A DNA stretch of 64,000 nt from Octopus sinensis (lineage: Eukaryota). A program made the translations under genes and the position numbers. Below the pieces are notes generated by a model. It had not been told where the DNA came from. It was given only the letters and a program-made list of their open reading frames with translations, and made no database searches. Where the stretch lies: NCBI RefSeq assembly GCF_006345805.1, contig NC_042998.1, positions 76,632,001 to 76,696,000 of the forward strand. The letters are read 5' to 3'. Each line of letters opens with the position of its first letter. Position 1 is the stretch's first letter. Shown piece after piece: positions 51,306 to 64,000 of this stretch.

Positions 51306-51412
51306 CTTGGTCCTCAATTTCTTGATGGAATCGTAATATAGTCAACGTCTTCAACATTTTGAGATCTAAAGGAGATCGTCTCCCAACATGTTTGATTACA
51401 GACAATTTGTTC
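51306..51412 (-). CDS. Candidate 107-nt internal exon (NKLSVIKHVGRRSPLDLKMLKTLTILRFHQEIEDQ), product unknown
   Basis: Strong acceptor cacttccccccccttttcttattctcag|, donor AAG|GTAAGA, one open frame, non-repetitive sequence; no recognisable homology. Confidence 0.35.
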
Positions 51413-52596
51413 CTGAGAATAAGAAAAGGGGGGGGAAGTGACCTCCAGAACAGGACAAGTAATTTAATTTAAATATCGCGATACAGTGATTGACATATTT
51501 GACCAGGGCTTGATTTGAACTCAGAGCCGGCACACAGAGCCCGAACCATTACCGCAAAGCAATGTATTCGACAGCCTGGCGAGTCTGCTAATTGGCCACA
51601 TCACAATATTCAATTTTACCTCGGTTTACACATATTCCTTTTGCACGAATTCCTTTTAGTCCGGTTTTGGTCTTGGTCGATTTTTCTTTAGTCCATTAAT
51701 GTACAAAAATACCGTTTCGTCGTTCATATTTTGGTTTTTCATTTTCTTTTCATTATATTCTCATTTCGCCTCTTTGACACTGAGGAAGGCCAAACTCTAA
51801 ATTAAAATTTAACTTGTAAATTAAAGAAAAAAAGAAGAGAAGAATATTGCTAAATAGTTTCAAGATTAAATGATAGCATCAAAATCAACAAAGTCAACAT
51901 TTCTGGAAATCAATATATATATTAATCAACTTTGAAATAGAAGAGCTGAAACAAGAATTGCAAAGCAGTTCAATGGACTCGAAGTAACATTCAGAAAAGT
52001 AAAAGTAAATGGAAAACATTAGAGCCAGCATAGTCTCTGGGTCTTCATTAACTATAAAACACACATCATACATGCAGGGTAGCGTAGTGGACATAGAGGA
52101 TAAAAGTAAAGTCTATTATTTCGATAGCAGTTAAAACCCAGTATTACGGTAGTACTCGAGCGCAGGCACACACACATACGCGTGCACAAATATTAATGTG
52201 GGTTTTATATCAAGTTATAATAAAAACAATAATGTGAAAAATTACTGAATACTTTTTGTACAGTATATATTTATTATACTTTTAGAAGAAGACTTGTGAC
52301 AATGTCGTTGTAGGGTGAGTTCTGATGGAAAGATTTCAAAGAAGATTTTATTGTTGAACGTTAGAGTTGTGTTCTTGTTCGGTCAAGCATGTAAAACTTT
52401 ATAAGCCGGTGTGCCTCTATCGGTGTGTCAGCTTCAGGTCTTGGGGTTGTTAGTACAGAAATTTGGTTTTTATGTTTCTGGTTTCGCAAAACACACACAT
52501 TGATATAAACACACATACACACACAGTCACACATACATATATATTTGTGTATATGTGTTTAAATAAATGTAAACAAGCATGTAAGTACATATACAT

Positions 52597-52674
<78 letters not shown>

Positions 52675-52852
52675 GTGTGTGTGTGTGTATATATATATTT
52701 ATACATATATTTGTGTATATCTATATCTATCTATCAATCTATTTATCTATTTATCTATCTATCAAGTCTCATATATACGTGAAACATGTACATACGTACA
52801 TCCACATAAGCATGCATGTGTATATGCATACATACATACATACATACATACA

Positions 52853-52885
<33 letters not shown>

Positions 52886-53529
52886 TAAACTATCTTTTGT
52901 CTTTCTAATGAAAATTGTCTTGTTTAACCAAAAAAGTAACAAATCAAAGAAAAGCGAAAAATTCAAATATCAAAAATGAACAAAATCAGAACAAAACAAA
53001 ACAACAAAACCAAACGAAAAAAAAAACGAAAAAAAAACTCCCAGATATCCTGTAATTTTTCAGATGAGATAACTGAAGACTGCAGAAATATTGTAAACCT
53101 GTCAAATACATATTATCATGAAGGAAAAAAAATAGTGTAGATTTGATATCAACGATGGTAATGTTTGGGTGATGACGACGACGATGATGATGTTGTGTCG
53201 GTGATATGTGACAATCGTTACGTTGATGGTGATATTCGAAATGATGATGATGATGATGATGGTTATGATGAGGTGTTGGTGGTGGTGACGATGATGATGT
53301 TGGATTTAGTAGTGATGGTGCTACTGTTGATGATGATAGTGATGACGATGGTGACGGTGGTGTTGGTAATGATGGTAATTGGTGGTTCTGTTAATCAATG
53401 GAGTATTGCGTTAGTAGCATTGCCGTTGATGCCAGTAATATTACAGAATATGACGATGAGAACGACAAGGGTGATGATCCCTTAGGTACTCCCACTCCCC
53501 ACATTCACGCATTCTTTCACTTATCTTTC

Positions 53530-53765
53530 ACTTATCTTTATTACCCACGAGGGGCTAAACATAGAAGGGACAAACAAGGACAGACAAACGGATTAAGCCG
53601 ATTACATCGACCCTAGTGCGTAACTGGTACTTAATTCATCGACCCCGAAAGGATGAAAGGCAAAGTCGACCTCGGCGGAATTTGAACGCAGAACATAACG
53701 GCAGACGAAATACGGCTACGCATTTCGCCCAGCGTGCTAACGGTTTTGCCAGCTCACTGCCTTTC
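53530..53765 (-). mobile_element. SINE family A, full length, tail-2 subfamily
   Basis: Minus strand ends ttgtccttgtttgtcccttctatgtttagcccctcgtgggtaataaagataag. Confidence 0.88.
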
Positions 53766-54159
53766 ATTCTTTCACTTATCGCCATTCTTTCCCTCTCACG
53801 CTTTCTCAAACTTTCACTTATTCATACGCACTCATATTCACTCACTTATATCCATTAATAAATTCGTCCGTACTTATTCACCTGTACACGTTCATTCATA
53901 TCACTTACTCACAACCCTATCATAACTTAAGATATTTCTACACTCATTCCTCAGTCATAGCTCTCTCAGAGACACTCATATTTACAATCAATTATTTAGG
54001 CTCTGTATGTTCTATTGCAATTTATTTTCTCTTTCCAACTTGGTTAGGAATTAAAATCTAATTATACATATTTAAATGTCGACAGACCATATACCGGGCC
54101 ATTCTTCTTGACATTGTTTCTAGATGGTTCTGCTGGTTACTTTACTACATACATACTGG

Positions 54160-54355
54160 TTTCAAATTTTGCACAAGGTCAAAAATTTCTGTCGATTTAC
54201 ACAGACCCCAGTTTTCGATTGGTACTTATTTTATCGACCCCGAAAGGTTGTAAGGCAATGTCGACCACGGCGGAATTTGAACTCAGAACGTAAAGTCGGG
54301 AGAAATGCCGCAAAGTAATTTTTCAGGTGAGAAATTCTGCTAGTTCGTCGCCTTA
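54160..54355 (-). mobile_element. SINE family A, diverged
   Basis: gtcgaccacggcggaatttgaactcagaacg core. Confidence 0.7.
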
Positions 54356-54384
54356 CTTTACTTATATATACTTACTTATATAAA

Positions 54385-54520
54385 TATGCTGAAGAGCGTA
54401 GGCTCGAAATGTAATAGACCTTTTCAGTTTTCCAGAGCGTCAAACTAACACGCTTGTTGTTCATACACATATCTTCGTCTTTAGTTTTTCCATATATTTA
54501 GACTATATTAATATATACAT
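54385..54520 (+). mobile_element. Penelope-like terminal remnant with degenerate hammerhead-like core
   Basis: ctgaagagcgtaggctcgaaatgta (54389-54413); stem II register non-canonical. Confidence 0.35.
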
Positions 54521-55214
54521 GGAGACATGCACACACAAACACACACTCATAAACACACGCACACACACACACACACACACACACCACACACACACACACA
54601 CACATACACACTTGCATATGTATATGCTTGTACGCCTTTGTGGTTGTCTGTAATGTTTCTTTCCTTGTCTTTCTTATTTTCCTTATACTTTTTCCATTTA
54701 TTTATTTGTTCTTTTCGTTCTTTTTCATTGACATTTTTCATTCATTCATTCATTCATCCTCTCCGTGTTTGTCTCGATTTAACATTTCATTTCTTCTTTT
54801 TCTTTTCTTTCCTTCATTTTTCACTCTACTAATTAATAAATTTTTATCTTTTTCTCCCCGTTTCATTCTGATGTATTCTTTTCCGCTTTTAAGATATTTC
54901 CTTTATTCGCAGTTGACATAACTCGTCGCTCGGTCTAATACCGCCGCAAGCCGTTGTTTGTCTCTAAGAGTCCAAGCAATTATTTCCAGGTCTCTGGCTT
55001 GAAGATAGCTTGATATCGTGGTACATTATTTTTATCAGAACTAAATTGATACGCGGTTCATTCCCTCACTTTTCTCCACTATTCTATGTGGTCCTGAACA
55101 GAGTTATGTGCTCTACTCTTTTCCTGCTGAATGAGTCATGGAAAGGGCGACTCCCTAATGTCGGTCGTCTCTTACTCTTCACCATTTTGTCAGGTCCGTT
55201 AATCCGTGTACTAA

Positions 55215-55520
55215 CTTTGCAATCTGTTCATTATTTTTTATTTGTTTCAGTCATTGTAATGCCGCTTTGCTGGGGTACCGCCTCGATAGGTTTAGTCGAA
55301 CAAATCGACTCCTGTATTTACATGGTCCCTTTTGCTGAACCGCTAAGTTAAGGAGGCATGAACAAACCAACACCTGCTGTCAAATGGTGGTGGGGATTAA
55401 CAGAGGTACAAAGAAAGGCTCGCGTAGACGTACATATGTATGATAAGTTTCCACACAGTTTTCTCCTCTTAAAAATCCTCCACATGGAATTGCTGGGCTC
55501 AGAGCTGTAGAAGACACTTG
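55215..55520 (-). mobile_element. SINE family B, diverged
   Basis: tttgtttcagtcattg...ttttgctgaaccgctaagtta...gtagaagacacttgacc. Confidence 0.7.
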
Positions 55521-57270
55521 ACCGCACAGTGAGAGTGAACGTAAAACCACGTGTGAATTATTTTAGCGATAACGTCGTGCCGCATAGGGAGGTAGTACCG
55601 TGACGACATTTTTGGACAGCCGCTAATCACATGGGTAATGTCTTCCACAGAAACGTGGCATAGCCTACACATGCGGTTGCACCTTGGCATTTCAAGAGCG
55701 TCACTGTCTCTCTTGTTCACCAGTTACTTTGTTGCATTCTCCCGTCCCTGGATTGCAGCCGCATAGCCTTCAAAGTGTGGTGTGATGTAGTGGTCTTGTG
55801 TCCAAGAGCAGCTGCGCTTCGTGTCAATTCTACTGTCTTCTTCAAGCTTCCGGGAAACATACTCATGCATAGTCCTTTTTTTGTATGGGTGAGTGCTTTC
55901 CATCCAGGTCTTCTCTGAGCTAAGAGAGCCCAGCTGTTTTGGGATGTTATAGGAGGTCATCAGTTTGAGAGTGCTTCTTGAGGAGTTCACTGCCAACTCG
56001 TACAATGTTGCTCACTTCACTTTTCAGGACTTCATAAATATATTTATCTTTGCTGCTGTTGTTTAGCAGATGCTGCCTGGGTGATACCATACGATATCCG
56101 AAGGACGTCTGCACTGATCTCAGGCCTCTACCACCTTCATTTCTTCTTAGGTAGAGGCTGTCAACACTACTATTTCTGCGGAAGTTCCCAGTTGTCAGGA
56201 CTTTTCGGGTTTGGATATCTATAGTGTGGATTTCCTCTATAGATCAATCAAGTATCCCAAATGTTGGGATCAGCACTGGTACTGGAAATGCATTGTTGGA
56301 TATTGTTTTGTTGTGAGATGAGAGTTCCGACTGCCATATTTTCCTAAGTCTGGTGTAATGTTCTCGGGTAACTCTGTCTTTATTCATAGTGTCTTCATAT
56401 GATACATTTTCGTCTATGCCTAGGAACTTGTAACATTCTTTGTGTGGAATGGGGGAGATAGGGAGGCCGTTGATGCACAGGTTTGGGGTACTGACTTTCC
56501 TCGTTTTATAACCAAATATGAACATTTCTTTTGGCCAAGTTCCATGCCTATATTAGCTGAAAATGTTATTAATTCCAGTTGTTTTTTGACATTGCTAACA
56601 CTTTTAGCATAAATCTTGAGATCGTCTACAAAGAAATCATGAGTTACATCGATATTTCTGGCAGTTGAAGATCCTAGCAAGTAACCATTTGTTTTCTGCA
56701 GAAGGAACGATAATGGATTCTGTGCCAAAATGAAAAGAAGTACAAAAACACTATCTCCGTGGAATATTCTCATTGTAATGACCATACTATTAGAAACAAT
56801 TATTCTGTTCTCAATTGTAGCTGTCCATGTCCTAGTGAGTCTCTCTATAGCAGCAATTAAGGTAGTGGGCACCTTTTCCAGATGTAGGTATTTTAACAGC
56901 CGTGAATGAGGGATATAGTCGAATGCCTTCTTATAGTCAAGCCATAGTGTCACAAGGATTCTGCGTTGCTTTCTTACTCCAGACAATACTGCTTTGTTTA
57001 TTAAAAGTTGTTCGGCACATTCTCACACTCCCTTTTTTCCGCCAGCCTGTTCATCAGTCACAATGTTATTCGACTCACAATGGTCCTGGAGGAATTAGTT
57101 GAGGCAACTTATGCACAGTTTGTACATAATGTTTAGGCAAGCAATGGACCTGTAGTTTCCTGCCTTCATTTTTGGCAACGAGATTTGTTCTTCTTGTAGC
57201 AAGCCAATGTGGTACATCAGTCTGACCTCCCATAGTCCTTTTGAAAATACACATCGATTGCCTTCTGGTT
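55500..57270 (-). mobile_element. Degraded RLE-type LINE (RT to zinc knuckle)
   Basis: WLDYKKAFDYIPH, IFHGDS, FFVDDLKIYAK, YKFLG, CRLCHVSVEDITHVISGCPKMSSRYYLPMRHDVIAK; 5' side abuts (CATA)n. Confidence 0.88.
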
Positions 57271-57659
57271 TCTATGCATGTGTGAATGTATGTATGTATG
57301 TATGTATGTATGTATGTATGTATGTATGTATGTATGTATGTATGTATGTATGTATGTATGTATGTGTCTATATATGTATGCATGTATGTTATGTTATATA
57401 TGTATGTATTTATAAATATATATATATATATATATGTATACACATACACACACAATATATATATATGTGCGTGTGTGTGTGCGTGCGTGTGTGTATGATA
57501 CCTTGCGTAAGTGTCTTGAGTGATTCACAATTAATGACTGTTGCTGCCTATTACTTTACGTGGAAACAAACAAACACACACACACATTATGTATGTACGT
57601 ACGTACGTACATATGTATGTATGTATGTATTTATGTATGTATGCATGTATGTATGTATG

Positions 57660-57717
<58 letters not shown>

Positions 57718-58811
57718 CATACATAAATACATACATTTATATGCATATATGTATATATACATATGTATGAATTATGTGCGTATGTGATGTGTGTTTGTGT
57801 GTGTTTGTATGTGTGTTCATAGCATTTTATGAAATTGGATGCCTCATTTTACTCAAACTTATCAGTTATTTCCCATAATTATTTTGCACCTTGTCTTTCT
57901 GGTGTATTTTTTCCAAATAAATATCTCGTATATTACACTTTTACCATAATCTTTTTTACACTTAGATCAAGTAAAAGCTTAGTGCGATATGTTCTATCTT
58001 GACTTTCATTTTGTATTTCAAAGAATGTATAAATTTATAAATACCAAACATATAAAACAATATTATAAGGACAGACACGAATATACTTTATTGAAGAATA
58101 AAAAAATAAAGATTATAATCGCAATTTTCTTTTTTGAGTTCAATTTTTGTGTCGGTACTTAATCTCTAAATTTGAGATATTTACTGTATAAAGTTAACAA
58201 TAACATAGTTTTATCAGAAAAATATCTTTCTAAGCACTCATTTAATCCGTTGCAAAATGTTTCTTTATACGTAATAAAGTTAATTTTAGTCTATCAGGTT
58301 ACGTAAGTTTCGTCCTCCTTTAAGTAACTTGATAAAAGTTTTATTTTTTAAATATTTTTCAATTTCCATCACAATGTTTTTTTTTTGTGTATTTCTCTTT
58401 AAATTGTGAATCACATTATATGCATCGTAACAGTTCTAATGTTTTCTAGAAGGCTTTTAAAATTCCTATTGGTAACAACTGTAATTGTAAAAATTATACA
58501 GCTTATATTTTTTCTTTTCATTTATAATGTATATATTTTCGTCGTGGTTTGATATGTTCTTATAAATGCAATAACATCTTTCTGAACCGCTTTATATTTA
58601 AACAGTCTTTCTCTTCAATTTTACTCTATTAATATATTTATAATTAAAATATATCTATACACTATGCTGTTATTTTTCTTTTGTCTAATATTTCGTAGTT
58701 TATATAATTTGTTAGGTATCTGATCCATTATTGTTTCATGCCATTATAAAAAGTACCGTTTAAAAATTTGCCTTAGAAATATATATTGATATCGTAATAT
58801 TTGAGCCTTTA

Positions 58812-58971
58812 TTAAGGCGGCGAGCTGGCAGAAACGTTAGCACGCCGGGCGTCGACTTTGCTTTTCATCTCTTCGGAGTCGATAAATTAAGTACCAGTTG
58901 CATACTGTGGTCGATCTAATCGACTGGCCCCCTTCCCCAAAATTTCGGGCCTTCTGCCTAGAGTAGAAAAG
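58812..58971 (+). mobile_element. SINE family A, internally deleted, with a 16-bp TSD
   Basis: aatatttgagccttta at 58796-58811 and 58972-58987, with a third copy at 59008-59023; B-box region missing. Confidence 0.88.
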
Positions 58972-59259
58972 AATATTTGAGCCTTTACATAGCTATAAAT
59001 AGCTATAAATATTTGAGCCTTTACATAGCTACAAATAGGTATGTAAAGCACTCTGCATTAACAGGCTAGTTACTGCGGTATGCATCCTGAGATAACATCT
59101 CCTATAGACATTCTTTGTTGAAGACAATAAATATCGGAGTGAGACGAAAAATCGCCACATCAGCGACCAGCGCGAACGCCATGTGTATTTCTTTTATTTT
59201 GAGCCTTCATATATATTACTAAATATTTACTTGTTTAGTGTATTTACATTTAATTTTTA

Positions 59260-59330
59260 TTTACTCAGTCTCCTGATAAACCACGGTATCTTGATTTTGG
59301 TACCAACGAAATATAGTCTACTAAATATTT
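59260..59330 (+). ncRNA. Degenerate hammerhead-like motif, likely inactive Penelope remnant
   Basis: ctgataa (59273-59279), ggtatc/ggtacc stem, gaaa-tatag-tc (59308-59318); deviates from CUGAUGA consensus. Confidence 0.3.
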
Positions 59331-59827
59331 AAATCATAGGAAACAATTCAATTTTAAGATTATAGTTTTTTGTTCCACAATTCCACTCACTAATTTATAT
59401 GTGATATTTTATCAGTAGTTCACCGGCGACGCGTTCTTGTATAGGCCTTTCTTAAAATCCTTAGTAACAATACTACAGTAGCTATTTGTTTTTTTTAGGT
59501 TACGTTAATTCAGTTTGAGTTGAGAGTGGGCATGAGTATACAGTTAGAAAAATTCGCTTCGAAAGTCCTCTCCTATTGCAATTGCCATGGATGACCAATG
59601 CTTTGTGATAGAAATGTTGGTTGATGAAAAAGATGTATGTATATATCCCCCCCACACACACTACACACACACACATACACACACACATGCATACACATAC
59701 ACACACACAATCCCTTATCGTTTTCTTTTTTTTAACTTTTATTCATTCTCAAGTTTATCTTTGAGTTCTTTAAGTGGCTGGACATACATAGCTTCTTTTT
59801 GAAGTTGTCACCCCGGGAATATATATA

Positions 59828-59863
<36 letters not shown>

Positions 59864-59914
59864 TGTATGTATGTATGTATGTATGTATGTATGTATATAT
59901 ATAAGTTCTGTGGA

Positions 59915-60420
59915 AGCTATTTTCCTTAATATATATGTATGTATGTCTGGATCAATCTGTACCAAATTTGACTGTCTGGAAATTACGTCAGTTTTTTTTT
60001 TTACTTTAAAGCTAGACGATTCTGAAACGCTCTTTAATAGAGGTTTAAAGACAAAAGAAACCATAAGGTTTCTAAATAACGAAAGGTCTTCATACGGACA
60101 CACGCTTGTACACGGTAGGATATCTTTCAATTTATAAGATAAACTTTATAAATTTGAAGTTCAATATTCCCATTAGATATCGACATGAGTTATTCAAATA
60201 ATTGTTCTACACTCGATATTTCATATTTAAATCTGATGTGATTATTTCTACTTGGATATTGGCCCCACTTCAGATTCGAAATCGAATCTTCAATTTCCCC
60301 CTAGCCATACGACCTATTGTTCTGCACGGTCAAACCACTGAATCAATCTGTACCAAATTTGGGACGAAGGTTTTTTATTATACGGGGAAGGTTCTAGTGT
60401 GGTGGGGTGGGGATGGGTCA
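59915..60420 (+). mobile_element. Possible Helitron-like non-autonomous relic
   Basis: atcaatctgtaccaaatttg at about 59951 and 60342 resembles the core near 12600; no clear 3' CTAG hairpin. Confidence 0.3.
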
Positions 60421-60819
60421 CTAAATTTATAACGTTCCCTGTCAAAGTACGTTTTGCTATGTCCATAAACAAACCATAATCTCTCAACGTTGTTGGACTT
60501 AACCTTGCTTCTCCTTGCTTTTTCTCATGAGCAATTATATGTATGATGTTCGCAAGTTGGCAGCCCCAAAACTCTTTTTCTTTGTACACTAATTAAAGTA
60601 CACACTGAAAACATTGTATATTTAGAAGTTTGATTTTGATTTTGATTTTTCCAGTTTCAGCTAATGAGCTGTGGCCATGCTGGGGCCAAGTTCTACAAAA
60701 TTAACTGTGATTGATTTCAGGATTTGTTTTAATAACTTTATTTATACTCACGTGATCTGATAAAATTTTTCTGAAAATATATTTTTTACCAGAATAAATA
60801 TATTTATTTCCTCTCTCTC

Positions 60820-60934
60820 TCTCTCTTTCTCTCTCACTCTCTTTCTCTCTCACTCTCTTTCTCTCTCACTCTCTTTCTCTCTCACTCTCTTTCTCTCTAA
60901 CTCTCTTTCTTTCTCTCTCTCTCTTTCTCTCTCA

Positions 60935-60960
<26 letters not shown>
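60820..60960. repeat. CT-rich minisatellite (ctctctttctctctca)n
   Basis: Several 16-bp units visible. Confidence 0.85.
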
Positions 60961-60977
<17 letters not shown>

Positions 60978-62747
60978 CAATATGTGTGGCTAATTCGCTA
61001 TCTCACGACCAAAAGGTAGAAATACATACGTCATTAAAGGGACAAAAGGCATTAGTCAACAGCAGTATTGCTAGAAATAAGAGTAAAAAAAACTCAATAG
61101 CCACGAAAGCACTATCTTAATGAAGTGACAAGGGAGGCAAGCTCCCTATCGTCGCAAATACAGTCAGATCATCGACTATTTCGCATTTTGATGCTTAATG
61201 CATGTTCATTAGTGGCTCTCACGACGTCTTGGGTTAAACTCTGGTCACCTTGTCAGCTTATAAGATTTCCGTTGAAATCATACACTGATTTCATAAATAT
61301 TACCGGTAAAAGTGAAAATTATAAATAATATGGATGTGTGGTGTGTATACACCCCCACACACTCACACACCCCACCCCCACCCCCACCCCCACCACCACC
61401 CACACACCCACCCACACACAAGATGTAGGAATGATCTGATATTTTATATCGAAAGGAAAGATCAAAGAAACCTGATTGGAGAGATTCTCCACAAGAATTT
61501 TGTAGTAAAAGATCTCTTCACTTCAGCACGAAATGACGTATATAATGAAAACTACTAAAGATATGTCACACCAACTATTTTAAGTTCAGACCTCTACATA
61601 GTAGCTAAACCTGGTAGAAGTAGCAGCTAAATCTCCATCAAAACATAATCCGACAATTCTGCGTATTATGTAGTTTGAATGAGAAACTCTAACTAAGGAT
61701 TAAGATTATTAACCCCACAAAGAGGTAAAAGAAGAGAGACAGCATAGTGAAATTTTTGGCTGACTGTCATCCTGTACTCCCCTTGTTGCTAGCGAAATGG
61801 TATATGCCGGCTGTGTGAGCAACTGGTTGTTTTAATAGCGGAACAAACGGGGGAATTCCATTAGAAAAAAATTTTAATCGATTTTCTCGATAACTATGGG
61901 TGCTATGAAAAAATGCAAACTGCATTCCAATCTATGCACCCATCACCATATGTGAGCCTTTTTTTACGCGAATCCACCCAGCCATTTGGCTGTGAACCTC
62001 AAGAAAGAAAGAATAGAACGATTGCCCATGTCCAATTTATATTATAGATATACACCAGCGTCCGTTTGAATAAATATGTAAATATACATTTTTCCACCTC
62101 CACTCCAGCCCAAACTACATTCATAAATACCAATCACAATTCTTCAATATATAGATTGCTTTATCGAACTTGACATAATCGAAAAAGAAGACATTAAAAA
62201 AAAATTAAGACAATGCACAACATAATGACGCATACACCATATCTCACAAAAAAAACAACTAACCAGCCAAACCATTATTAATTCTCATATCCTGAGGGAA
62301 ATTCAACTCCATCCCACCCTTTAAACTCTCACTAATAGTGACGTGGAAAGAGACACATACTCATATGACATGTATGTCACATATGTATGTGTGTGTGTGT
62401 GTGTGTGTGTATGTACGTATATATATATGGACAGAAACAAATACAATACTAGTACATTGAATTTTAAAAATTAAAGAAAGAGGGAAAAAACCTAGTAAAA
62501 GAGACACTGTTTTAATTCCTATTTGTCTTTCAAATATTATTTTCAATATTCTTCTTATTCAATACAACTGTATGACAATAAAAATTTTACCCGTTACACG
62601 TTAAAAAGACAAGTAGAAATGTATATTTTTATTATGTTTTATTTTTGTTCTAATTTTACATTTTGAAAGAATTTTGTAAAAGTGTTGATATGTGGAAAAG
62701 AAAGGGTGAATACATGTGTATGTATGTATGAGTGTTTATATATATAG

Positions 62748-62802
<55 letters not shown>

Positions 62803-63482
62803 ATATATATACATATATGTGTGTGTGTGTGTGTGGTTAGTTTGATTTAGAAAAATATACGGATACATTCATTTATATAAACATATATATAATGTGATAC
62901 CAAGATGATAGAGATAAATATAAATATAAATATAAATACAAATACACATGAATATCTACTGTGTTACATAACAACAGAAACGTACGCACAAATAAACTCA
63001 TATTTACAAGCATTCCTATTGATAGATATATATATATCGATAGGTCGATGGAATGAAATTAAGAAAGACATCTTAAGAAACAATAGACATATACAAGATT
63101 GATATAGAGCGAAAGATTGAATATAGTAAGTACACATATTGAAGCACCGATATACACACATATACATATGCACACATGTCATGTGCACACACACACACGC
63201 ACAAATTTATAGCTATATATGTATACGTATCTGTGCATATGTGCACATTTGGACGCTCACACATACATACATATTTCAGTACATGCATGTCTGGATGCGT
63301 GTATACATACGCACATATATATGTATGTGTTTTTGCATGTGTGTATGTATGTATGTATGTATGTATGTATGTATGTATGTATGTATGTGTGTATGTATGT
63401 ATGTATGTATGTATGTATGAATTTACATATGCGTATATAATTACCTGTCTGTCTCTCTGCCTATCTATCTGTCCATCCATCC

Positions 63483-63568
<86 letters not shown>

Positions 63569-64000
63569 TCTTGATAGTGATCGATAGATGGAAAGCCATA
63601 CATAGATATTGTGCGATAGAGGAGCAGATAGATAGGGAACGTTTAAAGTAGCTTGTCGAAATATGAAGATTAAGAGTGAGAGGCGAAAATAGAAAACTGA
63701 AATGAAATGAAGAGAAAAACCTAGAATATGACGCAAAGGGAAAGATTGAGAAGGGAGAGAGAGAGAGAGAAAGAGGAAGAAAGGGAGAGAGAGGGAGATC
63801 GAAAGAGAGAGTAATAAAGAAAGTATGATATAGAATGAAAGGAAAACAGATGATGAGAGAGCTGTCTATGGATATTGACGGAATGATGCTTAGATATTAT
63901 TACAAGCGACAATATCAATTAATGAACTGTTGACAAAAGAAAAATCTGAGGTGTTGGTTATCACTTCAATAATCATATTTAAAATCTTACTTTACAATTT

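Noticed and set aside
51340-51470. Plus-strand peptide ITDNLFLRIRKGG resembling a Cys-loop receptor loop
   Set aside because: The similarity does not extend, the G-run frame gives GGGSDLQ, and splice signals favour the minus strand.
51780-51800. ctgaggaaggcc hammerhead-like start
   Set aside because: No closing stem II, GAAA or cleavage triplet.
57840-58790. AT-rich stretch as a Penelope ORF N-terminus
   Set aside because: Translations are full of stops and no RT or GIY-YIG motif was found.
61839-61951. AG...GTGAGC-bounded plus-strand segment
   Set aside because: All three frames are closed; at most a faint resemblance to a LINE endonuclease relic.

Overview
Eukaryotic, AT-rich, repeat-saturated DNA with about 100 N at 4306-4405. 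The tRNA-headed SINE families and very long (TA)n, (TCTA)n, (CATA)n and (AAT)n arrays resemble an Octopus (coleoid cephalopod) genome; this is recognition from memory, not a database result. No intact cellular gene is evident, only two weak single-exon candidates, and almost all listed short ORFs are microsatellite translations. Mobile DNA includes three SINE families (more than 25 fragments), RLE-type (R4/Dong/NeSL-like) LINE relics, CR1-like and L1/Tx1-like relics, a mariner relic and several fold-back elements. The most striking structure is a four-level nest at 12.35-15.43 kb. A SINE is split by a 2688-bp non-autonomous Helitron (A|TC...hairpin-CTAG|T). The Helitron carries a decayed LINE-ORF1-like gene fragment. 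That fragment is itself split by a young 1.66-kb retroelement that encodes only an ORF1/gag-like protein (RRM-like plus CCHC knuckle, no RT) and shares its 3' terminus with a SINE subfamily present twice in the window. A second highlight is a near-perfect 276-bp inverted repeat at 6988-7808 whose arms each contain a canonical minimal type-I hammerhead ribozyme, typical of Penelope-like retroelements. All coordinates were read by eye and boundaries of degraded repeats are approximate.
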